DNA of 64,000 nt from Acidobacteriota bacterium (lineage in GTDB: Bacteria > Acidobacteriota > UBA890 > WLXD01), in contig CBDBHB010000009.1 of the NCBI GenBank assembly GCA_965205505.1, positions 1,312,001 through 1,376,000 on the forward strand, read 5' to 3'. The notes under the pieces are model-generated. The model was not told the origin of the DNA, made no database searches, and saw nothing but the letters and a program-made list of their open reading frames with translations. Below are positions 61,117-64,000 of this stretch, in pieces (position 1 is the first letter of the stretch; the number at the start of each line of letters is the position of its first letter). The position numbers and the translations under genes are program-made.

Positions 61117-62195
61117 TGTAGCGTCTCTAAAATGGCTTTACAGCGATTAACTTTGTCGATGATCTGCTGGGCGGAAGCACTCCAAACATAGGGCTTGGGA
61201 TCGTCGTTGTAGTTGGCAATGAAGTTCTCGATGTTTTGGATGAGTGCTTGGACGGAAGGAAACGCAGCTCGTCGGACGCTTTTTGTTGTCAGCTCAGCGA
61301 ACCAGCGCTCCACCAGGTTCAGCCACGAGGAGCTTGTTGGAATGAAGTGCAGGTAAAAGCGACGATGCCGAGACAACCACTTCTTCACATTGGGGTGCGT
61401 GTGGGTGCCGTAGTTGTCAACGATCAGATGCAGATCTAGTTCCTGGGGGAACTCGCGGTCGAGCTTGCGTAGGAACTTCAAGAACTCTTGATGCCGATGA
61501 CGCGGCAGACACTGACCGATGACGGTTCCGTCCAGCATGTTCAGGGCGGCGAAAAGGCTCGTCGTACCGTGGCGCTTGTAGTCGTGGGTCATGGTTCCGG
61601 CACGGCCCTTCTTGAGCGGCAACGACGGCTGCGTGCGGTCCAAAGCCTGAATCTGAGACTTCTCATCCACGCACAGCACTACAGCCCGATCTGGCGGATT
61701 CATGTACAGGCCGACCACGTCGGTGAGCTTGTCCACGAAGTGGGGATCCTTGGAGAGCTTGAACGTCTTGACCAAGTGAGGCTTGAGTCCGTGAGCGTCC
61801 CAGATCCGCTGGACCGTGGCGGCACTGACCCCTTGCGCCTTGGCCATCGTTCGGCACGACCAATGAGTGGCGTTGGGTGGCTTGGTGTGCAACGTTGCTT
61901 CGACGATCTGTTTGATCTTGTCCCGGGAGATGGACCGGGGTCGTCCACGTCCCGGCCTGGTCTGCCCCAGCGCCACGGGACCTGCTTTCTCGAACCGCCT
62001 TCTCCACATGATCACAGTCGGCCGGCTGATGCCGAGCTGATCAGCAATCCCGCTATTGGACTCGCCATCTGCCGCCAGCAGGATGATCCCGGCACGAGTC
62101 GCTACTGACTGTGGTGTGCTGGGGGCTCGGAGCCAGGCTTCCAGAACGTCTCGATCCTTGTCCGCGAGCGCTATCGGTTCTGCTTTTGTGGCCAT
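61113..62195 (-). CDS. IS630 transposase
   Basis: HTH; VDEKSQIQAL, DNYGTH, SWLNLVERWF DDE motifs. Confidence 0.95.
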   Translation of the reverse strand: MATKAEPIALADKDRDVLEAWLRAPSTPQSVATRAGIILLAADGESNSGIADQLGISRPTVIMWRRRFEKAGPVALGQTRPGRGRPRSISRDKIKQIVEATLHTKPPNATHWSCRTMAKAQGVSAATVQRIWDAHGLKPHLVKTFKLSKDPHFVDKLTDVVGLYMNPPDRAVVLCVDEKSQIQALDRTQPSLPLKKGRAGTMTHDYKRHGTTSLFAALNMLDGTVIGQCLPRHRHQEFLKFLRKLDREFPQELDLHLIVDNYGTHTHPNVKKWLSRHRRFYLHFIPTSSSWLNLVERWFAELTTKSVRRAAFPSVQALIQNIENFIANYNDDPKPYVWSASAQQIIDKVNRCKAILETLH

Positions 62196-62255
62196 GCGAA
62201 GCACAATACAATGGTCTTCATCTAATGTAAAGCTATTTACGATACGCTATACTAG
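61113..62255 (-). mobile_element. IS630-family insertion sequence
   Basis: Ends CTAGTGTAGCGTCTCTAAAATGGCTTTACA and TGTAAAGCTATTTACGATACGCTATACTAG (25/30 inverted match); CTAG/TA target. Confidence 0.92.
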
Positions 62256-63322
62256 CGACAGTCTATCCAGCCTCCGCCAGTGCGCGCAGATTGCCGCGCC
62301 GCCTCGAGGATGCGTACGTTGCTCAAGCCGTCGGCAAACGTCGCTGCCTCCTCCAGCTCGGTCCTTCCGTTCGCCACCGCGTTGACGACGGCCTCGAGGA
62401 AAGGCGCCTCGAGGGCGGCGAATGGCCCGCGCCCTTGAATCCCGTAGTGTTCCGGCGGGTGCCAGGGGACGTCTGTGACGATTGGCGCCAAATCGTCTCC
62501 GTGAGGGCCGCCGGTCAAGTGCTGTTCGCGCTCCAGGCAGAGTGTTCCCTCGCTGCCGGCGATCTCCAACAACCAGCGCGCCACGCCGGGCAACGCCAGG
62601 CTGGCTGTCAGGCTCACCTGTGCGCCACTCCCCAGTCGCAGCCAAAGCTCGGCGAAGTCATCGGAGGTCACCGGCTGCGTGACCCCCTCGGCATCCTCGC
62701 GTTGCTTGACGAACGTCTCGAGACGCGCGCTCACGGCCTCGATCGGACCGAGCATCCACTGCACATTGTCGATCAGGTGCGTTCCCGTAGCGCCTAGCAC
62801 GCCACCGCCACACGACGTCTGCGACCACCAAGTGTACGGTCGGTGCTGAAATCCAGGCGTGTTCAGCAGCAGGTCGGCGCGTAAGTGCAGCACCTCGCCC
62901 ACTAACCCGTCCTGGCACAGCGACCGCATCTTGCGGCGGTTGGGGTTCCAGCGTAGCTGATAGTTGATCAGGGCCAGGCGGCCCTCGGCGAGCGCCGCGA
63001 GCTCTTCCGCGTCTCGTACATCGAGTGTGAAGGGCTTCTCACACAGCAATGCGGCACCGGTACTCAGTGCTTCGCGCACCATCTCGGCGTGCAGATGCAC
63101 CGGCGTGGCGATGATCACGAGATCGGGATCGAGCTCTAGCAGCTCACGCCAGTCGGAAGTCGAGCGACCGATCCCCCAGCGCCGTGCACTCGCCGCGGCC
63201 TTCTCGGCATCGCGGCCGGCGATCCCGACCACCTCGTTGCCGCCGATATGCTTGAGCGCGGGCAGCTGCACGCCTTCGGCATGCGAGTTACCGAGCAGTG
63301 CGATCCGTACCGGCGATGCCAT
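62252..63322 (-). CDS. Gfo/Idh/MocA oxidoreductase
   Basis: LCEKP, GGGVLGATGTHLID; stop TAG lies in the IS630 target CTAG. Confidence 0.9.
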   Translation of the reverse strand: MASPVRIALLGNSHAEGVQLPALKHIGGNEVVGIAGRDAEKAAASARRWGIGRSTSDWRELLELDPDLVIIATPVHLHAEMVREALSTGAALLCEKPFTLDVRDAEELAALAEGRLALINYQLRWNPNRRKMRSLCQDGLVGEVLHLRADLLLNTPGFQHRPYTWWSQTSCGGGVLGATGTHLIDNVQWMLGPIEAVSARLETFVKQREDAEGVTQPVTSDDFAELWLRLGSGAQVSLTASLALPGVARWLLEIAGSEGTLCLEREQHLTGGPHGDDLAPIVTDVPWHPPEHYGIQGRGPFAALEAPFLEAVVNAVANGRTELEEAATFADGLSNVRILEAARQSARTGGGWIDCR

Positions 63323-63376
63323 GAGGTCGAACCCCGGGAAGGTAACGAGATGCCGCGAAGCGGCGGGAGATGCATC

Positions 63377-63410
63377 CTAGCAGGCCGTGGTGAAAGCGTG
63401 ATGGGTCTCG
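63377..63410. repeat. Solo end of the nested repeat family
   Basis: CTAGCAGGCCGTGGTGAAAGCGTGATGGGTCT versus the reverse complement of 13956-13987, CTAGCAGGCCGTGATGGAAGTGTGGTGGGTCT. Confidence 0.7.
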
Positions 63411-63589
63411 CAACAGGGTCTTGCGAGGCGAATGCAAGGAGCGCTGTTAGGGTCTGTCGGCGGCACGATCAAACGCGGCCGGCTCGCGATGGCGCCGTGC
63501 TGTCGTTCAAGCCCCAGCGGGGTGTTGGCGTGATATACAAGCGGAAAGCGACGCAACGGCAGGAGACGTCAACGCTGGAGGATGACACC

Positions 63590-64000
63590 ATGAACCGACG
63601 ACATCGGACCGCGGCCACGTGTCTCTTGGCGGCGTTGGCAGCCACTCCGGCGTGCGCCAGGATGGAGCAGGCACCGATCACCGTTCTGTACGTCGACCGC
63701 GTTGTAACCGTCGAGAGCACCCTTGCAGACCCGTCCGATCTCTGGGTTACACCCGCAGATCTGACCCGGATCAACGGTTTCGAGCTCAAACCGGAAGGCG
63801 CGTGCCTGGACACCCTGTGCATTCCGGTCAATCAGGCCGACGACAGCGACATCGTGGTTACCCGCGATGGTCAGCGGTGGTTCAGCTTCACGGCCTTCGC
63901 TCGCAAGCTCGATCAGGCCTACGTTGTCGATCGTACACATCGGACGTGGAGCTTCGGCGAGGTCCCGATTCTGCGGAGCGGCTTGATCGACCACGCTGTG
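63590..64000 (+). CDS. Exported protein, probable N-terminus of a redoxin/TlpA-like protein (runs off window end)
   Basis: GGAGG RBS; MNRRHRTAATCLLAALAATPAC...LWVTPADLTRINGFELKPEGACLDTLCIPV...WSFGEVP; open to the window end. Confidence 0.7.
   Translation, partial: MNRRHRTAATCLLAALAATPACARMEQAPITVLYVDRVVTVESTLADPSDLWVTPADLTRINGFELKPEGACLDTLCIPVNQADDSDIVVTRDGQRWFSFTAFARKLDQAYVVDRTHRTWSFGEVPILRSGLIDHAV

Noticed and set aside
1-64000. CRISPR array, tRNA/rRNA, prophage or defence genes
   Set aside because: No regularly spaced direct repeats, RNA gene signatures, or cas/phage/defence motifs were seen.

Overview
High-GC (roughly two-thirds) bacterial window with dense coding. The gene families (ADOP-type duplicated permease, DUF1592/DUF1552/ankyrin trio, many exported redox proteins) suggest an Acidobacteriota-like genome; this is inference. 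It holds two molybdo-hydroxylase pairs, betA, metF, a PQQ dehydrogenase with cytochrome c, three paralogous heme-c/type-II-copper monooxygenase-like proteins, an uncharacterised pterin/glycosyltransferase/lipid cluster, opgGH, a Tat-signal Rieske oxygenase, a CGNR regulator with candidate operators, a beta-oxidation cluster and several hydrolases and oxidoreductases. The most striking structure is a nested set of mobile elements at CTAG sites. A highly structured MITE-like repeat occurs twice, one copy carrying a second nested element. An IS110/IS1111 element is inserted exactly into the MITE terminus, and its 3' non-coding region appears to carry guide sequences matching that terminus (bridge/seekRNA-like). 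An IS630 sits in a solo end of the nested repeat. No rRNA, tRNA or CRISPR array was seen. Three genes are frameshifted, mostly at homopolymers, which may be sequencing error. All calls are from reading motifs by eye; no database search was run.
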